From: Candidatus Krumholzibacteriia bacterium
Lineage (GTDB): Bacteria; Krumholzibacteriota; Krumholzibacteriia; Krumholzibacteriales; Krumholzibacteriaceae
Length of the DNA stretch: 64,000 bases
Assembly (NCBI GenBank): GCA_963836185.1
Contig: CAWIIQ010000001.1
Span: 576,001-640,000, forward strand
Reading direction: 5' to 3'
Of this stretch, positions 39,538 through 50,402 are shown in pieces. Every line of letters begins with the position of its first letter. The first letter of the stretch is position 1. Both the position numbers and the translations under genes were made by a program. The notes under the pieces were generated by a model. That model ran no database searches. It had not been told where the DNA came from and saw nothing but the letters and a program-made list of their open reading frames with translations.

Positions 39538-41666
39538 CTATTTACCCTCTGCGTCTTCTTCTTCTTCTTCTTCAAGGTCGAGGCCGTAGCTGTCCTGTAT
39601 CAACAGGGGAGGCATCGGGCCCTCGAGAGGGTTCTTGTCCCGTACATACCAGTCGTACCACTGCATGTGTCTGTATAATACGTCTATCCGGCCCGGCTGT
39701 TTCCTGTTTCCATGTCCTTCGCCGGGATACTGCACGAGGCGCACCGCCGGATGATCGTTCATCTTCAGGCGCCTGTGGAACTCGAGGGACTGCGAAGGAT
39801 GCACCCTCGTGTCAGCCGCGCCGCCGATGATCAGCACTGCTGATCTTGCTCTGGTGGGCCCAGTATATCGGGCTGCGCTTGAGGCTGAACTCCCACTGGT
39901 CCCAGTCAGCGTCGAGCTTCTTGCCGGAGTGCACGTAGAGTTCCTCGTACGGGATGTCGGTCGTGCCGCGCTTGCTCACCAGGTCGCTTATACCTACGAA
40001 CATGCAGACCGCTCTGACCTTTTCGGTATAGTACGAGGCGAACCACGCCGCGGCGAATCCGCCGTAAGAGCCGCCCCCGAGGCCGACCCGGGAGCCGTCG
40101 GCGATACCCTTGTCCACGAGGAAATCGATAGCGTCGGCGCAGTCGTCGAATTCCTTGCCTGCGGCGTCCATGTATCCCTGCGCGGCGAATTCGATCCCGT
40201 AGCCGGTGCTTGCCCGGTAGTTGGGGTAGAAGACGACGTAGCCCTTGCCGGCCAGCGCCTGGGCGGGATGGAAGTACGAACCGAGCCAGACGTTCCGATA
40301 GTGCGCCTCGGGCCCTCCGTGGACCGTCACGATAAGGGGATAGCGCTTTCCTTCCTTGTAGCCGACGGGGTAGACGAGTATCCCCTCGATCTCGAGCCCG
40401 TCGCGTGCCTCGTAAGTGACGACCTCCTGGCGGCCGAGATCGCGTTCGGCGATCCAGGGATTGAATGTCGTCAGCCTCTTGAGCTCCTTGTCGCCCTTCT
40501 TCCAGTAGAAGACATCGCCCGGGATATCGGGTGACGAAGCGACGAAGGCGAAATGCTTGAAATCCTTCGTGAAATGAGGGGCGTTGAAGACGATCCCCGT
40601 CTTTTTACTGTCGAGGATGACCTTGCGTTTGCCGCCCTTCGCCGAAACCGTGCTGAGAGTGTTCCAAACGCCCTCGCCGGCGAGGTAGCAGACGGAGCCG
40701 TTCTTTTCCCAGCCGACCCAGCTGATGTGGCCGCGGAAATCCTCGGGCGTGAGATTGACCGGCTCGCCGCCGGCGACATCGATGACGTACGCCTGGCTGA
40801 CGGCGTGGTCGGACCGCGTCAGCGCGGCGACGTAGGCGAGCTTCTTTCCGTCGGGGCTGAACGAGAATCCGCCGAGTTTGCCGGGATTGTCGGTCAGCCG
40901 CCTTGACCTTGCCTGTCTCGAGGTCGAGGATGTAGATCTTCTTGAACATGTAGATCTGATCGATGAGATTCTTCGGGCAGGTGGATATCGCCGCATGTTT
41001 CCCGTCAGGGCTCAGCTCGAAGCCGGTGACGTGTATGCCCTCGGTCACTTTCTCGCCCTTGACCTTCTCGCCGCACTCCCCGAACTTTCCGATGTAGAGC
41101 TCACGGTTGCGCAGGTTCTCCTCGTAATAGATGAATCCGTATCCCTTGTCGTCGAGCGTCTTCTCGACTTTCGGCTTCTCTTCAGTCTCGAGCCAGGCGA
41201 TCCCGCTTCCGTCGGGAAGCCACCTGAACGATCCGGCGCCCGATTTCGAATCGGTCACCTGGACCGCTTCGCCGCCGTCGACCGGTATCATCCATACCTG
41301 GGTCTTCGCCTTCTCGCCGCGGCTCATCGTGAAGCCGATCTTCTTTCCGTCTGGGCTGAAACGGGGCGATCCAACGTTGACTTTGCCCGTGATGAACGGG
41401 AGGATCTCGCCTGTCTTCACAGAGACGAGGTAGAGCTCCGAATACGCTCCGCCCGCCTTCTCTTTCGCGCATCGGGGGACACTCAGGGTGTATGCTATCC
41501 AGTTCCCGTCGGGGCTGATGTCTGCGTAATATGTCCTCTTGACGCTGAGCATGTCCTCAGCCGAGACGACGTCGGCCGATGCCGGCGCAGTGACAATAAA
41601 AAGCGCCGGTATCGCAAGTGAAAGTACCAGCGCCAGATGCGTTAAAAATTTCCGGGACCCCGTCAT
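39538..41666 (-). CDS. S9-family peptidase, exported (frameshifts near 40900 and 39840)
   Basis: Signal peptide, SPDG repeats, HGGP, GGSYGG, DTRV, EGHG across three ORFs. Confidence 0.85.
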
Positions 41667-41880
41667 TTAGTCGCTCCTTTCAGCAGGAATGATGTATCTG
41701 GACAATTTTGCGTATCTTCGCACGGAGGATTATACACACGAGATTCAGTTTTGGATATCAGAAAAGGGATCTGCCTGCGGGCCCAATATCTGCTTTACCG
41801 CCTGGACCGCTCAATGATAGTTTTCCTTCAAAGCAGCGTTCAATGACTTCTAAACGGTTTCTGAATAGAAAGGGAGTGAA

Positions 41881-43839
41881 ATGAGCGACCAGCCTACGAG
41901 ACTTCCGGAAGAAGCGTACAGGGAGCTGAAGGAGGGCGAGACCTATCATCCGATAGTGCCGGCCAGTGAATCGCCGTTCGAGATCACGATGAGATCCGTG
42001 GTTATCGGAGTGATCATGGCGATGGTCTTCTCGCTCGCCTCGGCCTACCTGGCACTTAAGACGGGGCAGGGGATGGAGGCGGCGATCCCTATAGCGATCA
42101 TAGCCATCGGGATAACCAACTTCTTCGCGCGACGGAGCACGATCCTCGAGAACGTGATCATCCAGTCGATAGGCGCCGCGTCGAGCGCCGTAGTGGCCGG
42201 AGCGGTATTCACGATACCGGCCCTCTACATGCTCGACATCGAGGTGACCTTCTGGCACATATTCCTCACCGCCTTCTTCGGCGGCTGTCTCGGGGTCCTC
42301 TTTCTCATACCGCTTCGCGACTACCTGATGGTCAAGGAGCACGGCAAGCTCCCCTTTCCCGAGGCGATGGCGACAACGGAGATCCTCGTGGCGGGGGAGA
42401 GCGCCGGCCAGCAGGCCAAGACGCTCGCCTGGGCCGCGCTCGTCGCCTTTGTCTTCGACCTCTGCATACTTACCTTTACCCTGTGGAAAGAAGTGATTAC
42501 CTTCCACGCAGTCGGTATCGGACGGTGGATGGAGAACAAGTTCGCGATGGCGTTCAGGATAGACGGGCTCTCCGCTATCATCGGCCTCGGTTACATCGTG
42601 GGAATCAAGTATGCATCGATAATCGCCGCTGGAAGTTTTCTCTCGTTCCTCGTTCTCATACCGCTCGTGAAGTTTGTCGGCGGCGGCCTCGAGATGATCA
42701 TACCGCCGGGCGACGTTCCGATCTCGCAGATGTCGGTCGACGATATATTCGTCAATTACGTCCGACTGATCGGTATCGGCGGCATAGCCGGAGCGGGGCT
42801 GATGGGGATCATCAAGTCGATCCCGTCGATCGGTAAATCGTTCGCTCTCGGCATCAGGGGAATCGCCGCTTCGAGGCACGAGGAACATGATGACGTAAGG
42901 ACCGAACGCGACATCAGCATGCGCGATGTGATGATCGGTGTGGCTGCGATAGCTGTCTGCTTGTGGCTCTTCTTTCGCGGGGGAGTGGCCAGCAGCCTTG
43001 TCGCGACGGTCGGGGTCCTTCTCGCGCTCGGAATATCGTTCCTCTTTACGCTTGTCGCCGCCCGGGCCATCGGCCTTATCGGAACGAATCCCGTATCGGG
43101 GATGACACTGACGACGCTGATCATCACAAGCGTGATACTCACCCGCATGGGATTGTCCGGAAAGCCCGGGATGTTCATCGCGCTTATCGTCGGCGGTGTG
43201 GTCTGCACCGCTCTCGCAACGGCGGGGGCGTTCGCGACCGACCTGAAGATAGGCCGCTGGATCGGCTCGACACCGAAGAATCAACAGATGTTCAAGTTCC
43301 TCGGCGTCTTCGTCTCTGCGGTCTTCTGCGCCCTGGTGATGATGCTGCTCGCGAACACATATACGCTCGGCTCGATGGAGATGCCGGCGCCGCAGGCATC
43401 GGCGATGAAGGAGATCATCTTCGGCCTGATGGGGCCCGAAGCGGGGGTGCAGTGGCTGCTCTTCTCGTTCGGGGTGATAATCTCGGTTATCCTCTGGATG
43501 GCCGGCGTGCCGGCCCTCGCGTTCGCGCTCGGCATGTACCTGCCGATACAGCTCAATACGGCGGTCCTGCTCGGCGGCGTCATCGCCTGGTTCGTCAGCA
43601 GGAGCAGTAAGGATGCCGGTGTCGTCAAGGAACGCAAGGAGCGGGGCATCCTCGTAGCTTCCGGATTTATCGCGGGCGGCTCGATAGCCGGTGTCGTCGC
43701 GGCAGTGATCGCGGCTACAGGCTGGGACAGGTTCCTCGCGGTATCTTACGGGGATTCGGCGAGTGAGATAGTAGGTATCATCATGATCGCGGCTCTCGCC
43801 GTATTCATGTACCAGTACTCGAAGAGGATAAAGAGCTAG
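41881..43839 (+). CDS. OPT-family oligopeptide transporter
   Basis: ILENVIIQS, LPFPEA.A, NPVSG, DLKIG, PAPQA, GMYLP. Confidence 0.92.
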   Translation: MSDQPTRLPEEAYRELKEGETYHPIVPASESPFEITMRSVVIGVIMAMVFSLASAYLALKTGQGMEAAIPIAIIAIGITNFFARRSTILENVIIQSIGAASSAVVAGAVFTIPALYMLDIEVTFWHIFLTAFFGGCLGVLFLIPLRDYLMVKEHGKLPFPEAMATTEILVAGESAGQQAKTLAWAALVAFVFDLCILTFTLWKEVITFHAVGIGRWMENKFAMAFRIDGLSAIIGLGYIVGIKYASIIAAGSFLSFLVLIPLVKFVGGGLEMIIPPGDVPISQMSVDDIFVNYVRLIGIGGIAGAGLMGIIKSIPSIGKSFALGIRGIAASRHEEHDDVRTERDISMRDVMIGVAAIAVCLWLFFRGGVASSLVATVGVLLALGISFLFTLVAARAIGLIGTNPVSGMTLTTLIITSVILTRMGLSGKPGMFIALIVGGVVCTALATAGAFATDLKIGRWIGSTPKNQQMFKFLGVFVSAVFCALVMMLLANTYTLGSMEMPAPQASAMKEIIFGLMGPEAGVQWLLFSFGVIISVILWMAGVPALAFALGMYLPIQLNTAVLLGGVIAWFVSRSSKDAGVVKERKERGILVASGFIAGGSIAGVVAAVIAATGWDRFLAVSYGDSASEIVGIIMIAALAVFMYQYSKRIKS

Positions 43840-43885
43840 AATATACGGCCTGCGGGGCGGTTCCGTGCAGCGCGGGGCCGCCTCG

Positions 43886-44089
43886 TCAGCACCTCGCCAT
43901 CAGCCTGAACGGGAAAGTCAGTATCCCGAACACGAGTGTCAGCATCCAGCCGACGACCGCGAACGCTATCCTGAACGGCAGCACTATCAGCCATACGAGC
44001 GGTATCAGTACCGCGATCAGCAGAGCCAGCGGCCAGCAGAGCACAAACAGTATGCACCAGAGCAGAAAACCGGCCATCGTTCCAACCAT
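43886..44089 (-). CDS. Small hydrophobic membrane protein
   Basis: LLWCILFVLCWPLALL...LPFR hydrophobic hairpin; promoter-like site upstream. Confidence 0.6.
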   Translation of the reverse strand: MVGTMAGFLLWCILFVLCWPLALLIAVLIPLVWLIVLPFRIAFAVVGWMLTLVFGILTFPFRLMARC

Positions 44090-44217
44090 CCTTTTTTAAC
44101 GGTCCACCAGGAAAAACCGGGGCGGCTCCACCGGTCATGGTCAGCCGCCCCGCATCCCATCATCACCGCACACCCGCCATGCCGGGTAAAAGAGTACGGG
44201 TCGGGTCCCACTTTCTT

Positions 44218-44243
44218 ATACGGGACGCGTCCGGATAAGTTTC
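44218..44243 (-). promoter_or_regulatory. ECF sigma (SigW-like) promoter
   Basis: Minus strand GAAAC-N16-CGTAT. Confidence 0.5.
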
Positions 44244-44336
44244 GGGAGGTGCTGTCTCGCCGTCCGCGCCCCGAATCGCCTTCATAGAGGGATACACTTC
44301 AGAGCCGTGGGATATTCAGAGAGGTGGATGTATTTT

Positions 44337-44885
44337 TCAGTTCAGCGGGCGCTTGAGCAGCTTTATGTCGTCTACCCAGACGGTGCCGCTCCCGCTCACA
44401 TTGATGTTAAGCTCGACCACATCGGGATTCTGTCCCGCGAGGAGCTTGAACGGCGTGCTTCTGACCGTCCAGTCGTTCGTTCCCGACAGGGCCGAATCGT
44501 AATTTCTCGAGAAGAACTCGCCCTTTGCCTGGAAATAGCAGATCATCTCGAGGAACACCTCGCCGTCGAGGTTTTCGGTGCGCAGGGCGGCCTGGTATAC
44601 GAGGAAGGCCTCCTCGAGGTCGATGTCGCCCAACCTGTAGAGCTTATGCGTCTGAGTGCCCCTCACATCTATTTTCAGGGATCCGTTCCCGTCGGCCGTG
44701 ATATCCCTGTCGGTCGACACATTCTTTCTGGCGAGCACCTCCGAGTGGGAGTTCAGCTGGATCTTTTTTATGACTTCCCCGCCTCCTGTTCCCCCGCCGC
44801 CTCCGCAGGCCGAAAAGGATACGGCCATAAAGATAAACGCCGCGATCGCGGCGTTTGTGGTAGCTGTTCGTGCGGTCATGGTCAT
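44337..44885 (-). CDS. Lipoprotein with CBM-like beta-sandwich domain
   Basis: RBS GGAGG; lipobox FSAC; GTNDW...G.GTVWVDDIKL. Confidence 0.65.
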   Translation of the reverse strand: MTMTARTATTNAAIAAFIFMAVSFSACGGGGGTGGGEVIKKIQLNSHSEVLARKNVSTDRDITADGNGSLKIDVRGTQTHKLYRLGDIDLEEAFLVYQAALRTENLDGEVFLEMICYFQAKGEFFSRNYDSALSGTNDWTVRSTPFKLLAGQNPDVVELNINVSGSGTVWVDDIKLLKRPLN

Positions 44886-44895
44886 CAACCTCCAT

Positions 44896-45922
44896 TCATT
44901 CACGGGGCCTTACTATTACCTTTATCGAACCGGAGCCTTCCGCTACGAGCCTGAATCCTTCGGCCGTCCTGTCGAGTGGAAGCCGGTGGGTGATCATGTC
45001 ATCGACCTCGATCTCTCCCGAGGCGAGCAGGTCCATCGCCTCCCGGGAATCATCGGGAGGGCCGGCGTAAGTAGATACGATCGTCAGCTGGTCGCGCCAG
45101 AGGTCGAAAAACGGCATCGTGATCTCTACTCCCGGGGCGAGAGGGGCGAAGAGCAGCACCGTCCCGCCGCGGTCGACAGACCGGATCGCCTGCAGGACGA
45201 CCGGCTCTACACCGGCGCATGTGACTGCCAGGTCGAAAAGGCGGCCGCCGTTGAGTTCCTTCAGTTTCTCCGGCACAGCTTCAGAGGCGTCGATTGCCTC
45301 GTCGGCTCCCATCCGTCCTGGCTGCTTCCAGCCTGACTGGATCGATGTCGGTGGCGACGATCCTTCCAGCTCCCTTTGCCCTGAGGAGCTTGATAAAGAG
45401 GAGCCCGGAGATGCCGCTGCCGAGGATAAGGACATCGTCCCCTTTCCTGAAACGAGCGGTATTCATTCCTCTGACCACGCAGGCGAGGGGCTCGATGAAG
45501 GCTGCATCGTCGAAAGAGAGCCCGTCGGGGATGATAAATGTCCCCTTCTCCACGTTGATCTCGGGAACCCGCACGAATTCGGCGAATCCGCCCGGGTCGA
45601 AGTTTGTCGTTCGCAGCGTGTCGCAGAGGGAGTACTTGCCCTCGAGGCAGTAGCGGCACTCTTCGCACGGCACATGGTGGGCGACAGAGACCCTCTGTCC
45701 CGGCACGAACCTGTCGACATCGGCGCCGACCTTTTCGATCGTCCCGGCTATCTCGTGGCCGAGCACAAGGGGGGCCTTCTTGATCCGGTACCACTCCATC
45801 ACGTCGCTGCCGCAGATCCCGCTCGATTCGATACGCACGAGGATCTCTCCCGGGCCGATCTCCGGCACGGGCATCTCTTCGATGCGGATGTCGTCATTGT
45901 TATAGTAGACGGCGGCTCTCAT
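44896..45922 (-). CDS. Zinc-dependent MDR dehydrogenase (sorbitol/threonine DH-like; frameshift near 45320)
   Basis: GICGSD, GHE.AG, C..C..C.......C, GSGISG, ITHRLPL, IKVIV. Confidence 0.85.
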
Positions 45923-45944
45923 ATCGATCATCGCGTCCTGCCCG

Positions 45945-46733
45945 TCACTTTGAAAGGCTCTCGAAGAGCTCGAAGGCCTCGGTTACTTTCATATTCTCCT
46001 GGACCACGCCGCGCACGGCTCTCAGGGCGGCGACGGGATGGTCCGACTGCCAGATGTTGCGTCCCATGTCGACACCGCGCGCCCCTTTCGAGATCGCGTC
46101 ATGTGCGAGCTGGAGAGTATCCTTGAATGTATCGAGCTGCGGCCCGCCCGCGATGACGATCGGTACGGGGCAGCTCTCGACGACCTTCTCGAAATCGTCG
46201 CAGTAGTATGTCTTCACGTAATGCGACCCGAGCTCGGCGGCGATGCGGCAGCAGAGGGATAGGAACCTCGCGTCCCTCTTCTCGAGCTCCTTGCCGACCG
46301 CTGTTACGGCGAGCACGGGGATTCCGTACTTCTCGCCGGCGTCGACGAGCTTTGAGAGGTTCAGCAGCGTCTCGCGCTCGTGCTCGGTTCCGACGAATAT
46401 CGACATCGTTATCGCCGAGACATTGAGCCTGATAGCCTCCTCGATCGAGGTGGTCAGCCCCTCGGCGGCGAGCGACGGGCCGATTATGCTGGCGCCTCCC
46501 GATACCCTCAGCACGGTCGGTATGCCCGCTTCGGGATCGACGCAGTTGCGAAGGATCCCGCGCGTCAGCATCAGTGCGTCGGCGTATGGAAGGAGCGGCG
46601 TTATAGTCGCTCGCGGATCCTCGAGTTTCCTCGTGGGCCCGAGGAAATAGCCGTGGTCGACGGCCAGCATCACGGTTCGCCCGGTCTCAGGGTTGAATAT
46701 CCTCGAAAGCCTGTTCTTGAGTCCCCACTGCAT
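45945..46733 (-). CDS. lsrF: LsrF-type thiolase / class I aldolase
   Basis: WGLKNRLSRIF, MLAVDHGYF.GP, AAELG..YVKTYY, IAGG, GVDMGRNIWQ. Confidence 0.85.
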   Translation of the reverse strand: MQWGLKNRLSRIFNPETGRTVMLAVDHGYFLGPTRKLEDPRATITPLLPYADALMLTRGILRNCVDPEAGIPTVLRVSGGASIIGPSLAAEGLTTSIEEAIRLNVSAITMSIFVGTEHERETLLNLSKLVDAGEKYGIPVLAVTAVGKELEKRDARFLSLCCRIAAELGSHYVKTYYCDDFEKVVESCPVPIVIAGGPQLDTFKDTLQLAHDAISKGARGVDMGRNIWQSDHPVAALRAVRGVVQENMKVTEAFELFESLSK

Positions 46734-46939
46734 GTCATGTCTCCTTTTCTCGATTTTGTCGGATGTCGATGCGCAGTATATCGATACCGCTGTACGGACT
46801 GGAAGTTATCGCACATGGAGGCGCCGGTCAAGCAGGGGATTTTCCGCCCGGAACGGTTCTTATCAGGGGCCTGCCGTTCTTGGCATTTAAATTGAAAATC
46901 CTCTCACCTTGTGCTACCATCCCGGAAAAGGGGGGTATC

Positions 46940-48376
46940 ATGTATTCTAGATTGTTTCATGCCGTATCGATCCTCGTATTTATCTCTCTGTTCATTCTTC
47001 CGGCTAAATCCTCCGCTGATTCATACATGTATCTTTCGAGCGGCGCGGGCATGGAGTGCGGTCACCAGTTCTGGACCGAAGAACATGATGTTTTCTCGGT
47101 CTGGGTATGGATCGCCCCGGATCAGGATGGGGTGAAGGAAGCATCGTTCAGGCTTTCGTCGAGCACCAGTAGTATTTTTCGAATATGGACCGAGTGGGCT
47201 CCCGGAGTCACACCTGTATACATGGTGGATGATCCGGGAGGCAGCGGGGCTGAGATCCTTGTCGATCCCTGTACAACAGAGCCTTTCCCCGTATGCCGGA
47301 TCTTCTATTACAACGACACGCTGGAGCCAGCGAGCATCTCGCTGGCGCCGGTCCTGGGCGGGGACCTTTCAGTCGTCACATGCGGCGATCAGGTAAATCC
47401 TCTCCAGCCCTTTTTGCTCTTTGATTTCAACAGCAACAGCGATTGGCCAGCTTACAGACCGCCGGTCGTCAGAAGCTGCCAGCAGATAGGCCCCGACCGC
47501 ATACGAGTGGTCTTTGAGGAATACCCCGGGCGCCTGGGTCCTTGCGGCGAGGAATATCCGCATATCCGTCTCGTCGAGAAACTGATATTTCCCCCGGACA
47601 CGGCGGATACTCTTGAGGTCGTCACCGAGGAGTTCGATTTCTCCGCCTGCCTGTTTTGCGATGTGCCGCCGTGCGACAGTGTCGTTGCTGTTCTCACATT
47701 TGAGGCGCCCCTCGACGACGCGGTGGATTACGTCCTGAGTCTCGATGGATTCATGGGCGGCTGTCCCATCAGGGGCGGGCAGAGGTATGTGACTATAAAG
47801 CGGTTCGAGCCTGTCGCCACCCTTCTTGACCAGTTCTCGACTGCCATAGAAGACGGCCGTGTCGAGGTCCGCTGGTCACTTTCCGCGAGGGATGAAGGTA
47901 TCTCGTTTTCAGTCGAGCGCTCGGTGGGTGGAGATGATTACGCCGGTCTCTCGAACAACCCCTTAGAGCTCGGCGGGGAGGAATACCTTTTCATAGACGG
48001 GGATGTCGTTCCTGGCAGCAGTTACACGTACAGGGTCCTTGTCGATGACAAGGACGGTGAACGTATACTGTTCGAGACTCAGCAGCTGGATGTTCCATCG
48101 GTCCCGTTGACCCTGTCGAATCATCCCAACCCGTTCAATCCCGTGACGGTGATAGAATATTCACTGCCGTCGAAGGGGCGGGTCTCCATATCCATCTACG
48201 ATGTCAACGGGAAGCTCGTCAGACGCCTGGCGGACCGCGACATGGAAGCGGGCACTTACAGTATCGACTGGAACGGGCTCGACGACAGGAAGTCCGCGCA
48301 GCCGTCCGGCATATATTTCTGCCGGCTGCGCCTGGGAAAGGCCGAAGTCACATCGAAGCTCGTGCTTATGAGGTAG
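46940..48376 (+). CDS. Secreted protein with C-terminal FlgD-Ig/T9SS type A-like sorting domain
   Basis: Signal peptide; NHPNPFNP.T.I.YSLP...IYDVNG.LVR.L...WNG.D...SGIYFCRL...KLVLMR. Confidence 0.8.
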   Translation: MYSRLFHAVSILVFISLFILPAKSSADSYMYLSSGAGMECGHQFWTEEHDVFSVWVWIAPDQDGVKEASFRLSSSTSSIFRIWTEWAPGVTPVYMVDDPGGSGAEILVDPCTTEPFPVCRIFYYNDTLEPASISLAPVLGGDLSVVTCGDQVNPLQPFLLFDFNSNSDWPAYRPPVVRSCQQIGPDRIRVVFEEYPGRLGPCGEEYPHIRLVEKLIFPPDTADTLEVVTEEFDFSACLFCDVPPCDSVVAVLTFEAPLDDAVDYVLSLDGFMGGCPIRGGQRYVTIKRFEPVATLLDQFSTAIEDGRVEVRWSLSARDEGISFSVERSVGGDDYAGLSNNPLELGGEEYLFIDGDVVPGSSYTYRVLVDDKDGERILFETQQLDVPSVPLTLSNHPNPFNPVTVIEYSLPSKGRVSISIYDVNGKLVRRLADRDMEAGTYSIDWNGLDDRKSAQPSGIYFCRLRLGKAEVTSKLVLMR

Positions 48377-48425
48377 AGGGATCGGCCGGCTTCGTGGATA
48401 ATTTCTTTACCTGGAGCGATGACTG

Positions 48426-49037
48426 ATGTACCGGCCGGTATTGATATTCACATGCTCGGTGATTTTCCTCACGTTCTTTATCTCCAGCTGCGGTGACGAT
48501 CCCGTGGACGTGACTGGGGATGCCGGCGGTCTTCACCGGCCCATCGTCGTGATGGAGACTACTCTCGGTGAAATAACGATCGAACTGTACCGGGACATGG
48601 CGCCGATGACCGTTATGAACTTCCTTGAGTATGTCCATGATGGTTTCTACGAAGGGCTGATCTTTCATCGCGCTATCCCGGGATTTATTATCCAAGGTGG
48701 AGGATATGACGAGGATCTCGAGCCGGGGGAGACCCGCGGGCCGATCCTGAACGAGGCGGGCAACGGGCTCTCCAACATGCGCGGAACGGTCTCGATGGCG
48801 AGAACATATGTTGTCAACAGCGCCACGAGCCAGTTCTTCGTGAATCTGGTAAACAACACGGCGCTTGATCACCGGGACGACACTCAGGTCGGGTACGGAT
48901 ATTGTGTCTTCGGCAGTGTGATCGATGGTATGGATGTCGTCGATGCCATTGCAGAGGTCGAAACCGGAGTCGTCGATGGATATCACGACGTTCCCCTCGA
49001 ATCTGTCTTTATCATCCGGATATGCAGAGTAAGGTAA
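48426..49037 (+). CDS. Cyclophilin-type PPIase, lipoprotein
   Basis: Lipobox ISSC; IFHRAI.GF.IQGGG, SMART, SATSQFF, YCVFG. Confidence 0.9.
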   Translation: MYRPVLIFTCSVIFLTFFISSCGDDPVDVTGDAGGLHRPIVVMETTLGEITIELYRDMAPMTVMNFLEYVHDGFYEGLIFHRAIPGFIIQGGGYDEDLEPGETRGPILNEAGNGLSNMRGTVSMARTYVVNSATSQFFVNLVNNTALDHRDDTQVGYGYCVFGSVIDGMDVVDAIAEVETGVVDGYHDVPLESVFIIRICRVR

Positions 49038-49047
49038 GGCGCGTCGC

Positions 49048-50271
49048 TCAGTGCGGTCCCGTTCGCCGGGCGATCCTGCAGCCGTCCGCCGAGATCCTGC
49101 CGGTCCTGATCATCATGACGAGGTAAGCGAGGATGACGATCGTCATCCCTGCGAGCAGCAGGAACGGTGTGTTGATCCCGTACGAGTCGGAGATCTTTCC
49201 CGAAACATACGCGAAGATCGAGTTGCCGATGATCATGATGTTCGAGGCGAGGCTGTATGCCGCAGTACGGTTGCGCGGTTCGACCGAGTTTCCGATAAAG
49301 GAGAGGTTGGCCGGGTAGGTCGAAAAGAGGGCGATCCCGAAGAGGGCGAATGCTCCGATCGCCAGCGGCACGCTGCGGCCGAGGCCGAATATGACAGCGA
49401 CCACCATGATGACGATGTATGCGAAAACGAGTGTCCGCGCTCTGCCCAGCTTTGCCGATACCTTCCCGTACATGAACGCCGAGAGTGTTCCCGCGGCCAT
49501 CCAGCACCCCATGATGATGCCGGTAGCCGACATCGGCACCCCGAGCCTGTGGTTCAGAAGGCTCGGCGCGTAGTTGACCGTGATCCCCCAGGCGAGTCCG
49601 CCGAGGATCATCAGCGGTATGAACGACATGATTCCGCGGAAGGCTTTGAGCCATGAGACCGGTTCCTTCTCTTCCTCTATCTGCTGTTCGATCTCGCCCT
49701 TGTCGTAAGCGTTTCGCGAGAGGAAGAGCCCGATGGCGACAGCGGCGAGATTGAGCGCGCCCCAGAGGTAGAGGGGAGCCTTCCAGCCGTAGTGCTCAGC
49801 GAGGAATCCGGTCGAAGCGAACGAGAGAAGGACGCCGATGTTTCCGAAGGCGCTCTGGAATCCCATCGCCTTGTCGAGATTCCTGCCCGAGAAGATATAT
49901 GCTATCCACGAGATCCCGACGGGGTGGTAGATGCTCGTACCCATCCGCACGCCGATGAAGAAGACGACAAGCATCCAGTAGCTCGTCGACAGCGTCATGA
50001 GCAGAAGCGAGGTTCCGACGAGTATCGCGTCGAGGGCGAGGTAATACCTCGCATGACGCGGTTTGGCGAAATGGCCCACGGTGGCCTGGAAGATGATCGC
50101 GGTCACGAGGCCGACCATTACCGTCGTTCCGATGTCGGAATAGCTGTGTATGAGTATCCCCTGCGTCAGGAGGACCGGGAATATCGTCGGAAGCACGACG
50201 GTAGAGCCGTCGTTGCACGCGTGGTGCAGCGATACCGAGCCGAGCAGCCTTCTTTGTTTTCCGCTGAACAT
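49048..50271 (-). CDS. MFS transporter (FsR-like)
   Basis: H..ND, YHP, 12-TM hydrophobic pattern; probable start 50271. Confidence 0.85.
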   Translation of the reverse strand: MFSGKQRRLLGSVSLHHACNDGSTVVLPTIFPVLLTQGILIHSYSDIGTTVMVGLVTAIIFQATVGHFAKPRHARYYLALDAILVGTSLLLMTLSTSYWMLVVFFIGVRMGTSIYHPVGISWIAYIFSGRNLDKAMGFQSAFGNIGVLLSFASTGFLAEHYGWKAPLYLWGALNLAAVAIGLFLSRNAYDKGEIEQQIEEEKEPVSWLKAFRGIMSFIPLMILGGLAWGITVNYAPSLLNHRLGVPMSATGIIMGCWMAAGTLSAFMYGKVSAKLGRARTLVFAYIVIMVVAVIFGLGRSVPLAIGAFALFGIALFSTYPANLSFIGNSVEPRNRTAAYSLASNIMIIGNSIFAYVSGKISDSYGINTPFLLLAGMTIVILAYLVMMIRTGRISADGCRIARRTGPH

Positions 50272-50402
50272 TGTATCCTCAAGACATCGTTCGTTACCGT
50301 GTTTCGAGGAGTGAATATATTCGCGGTACGGGAAAAAGTCAGGCTTTTTCTGTAAGGCCCGGCTTTGCTGTAGTATCATGGATCCACTCAGGGAGGTCAC
50401 TT

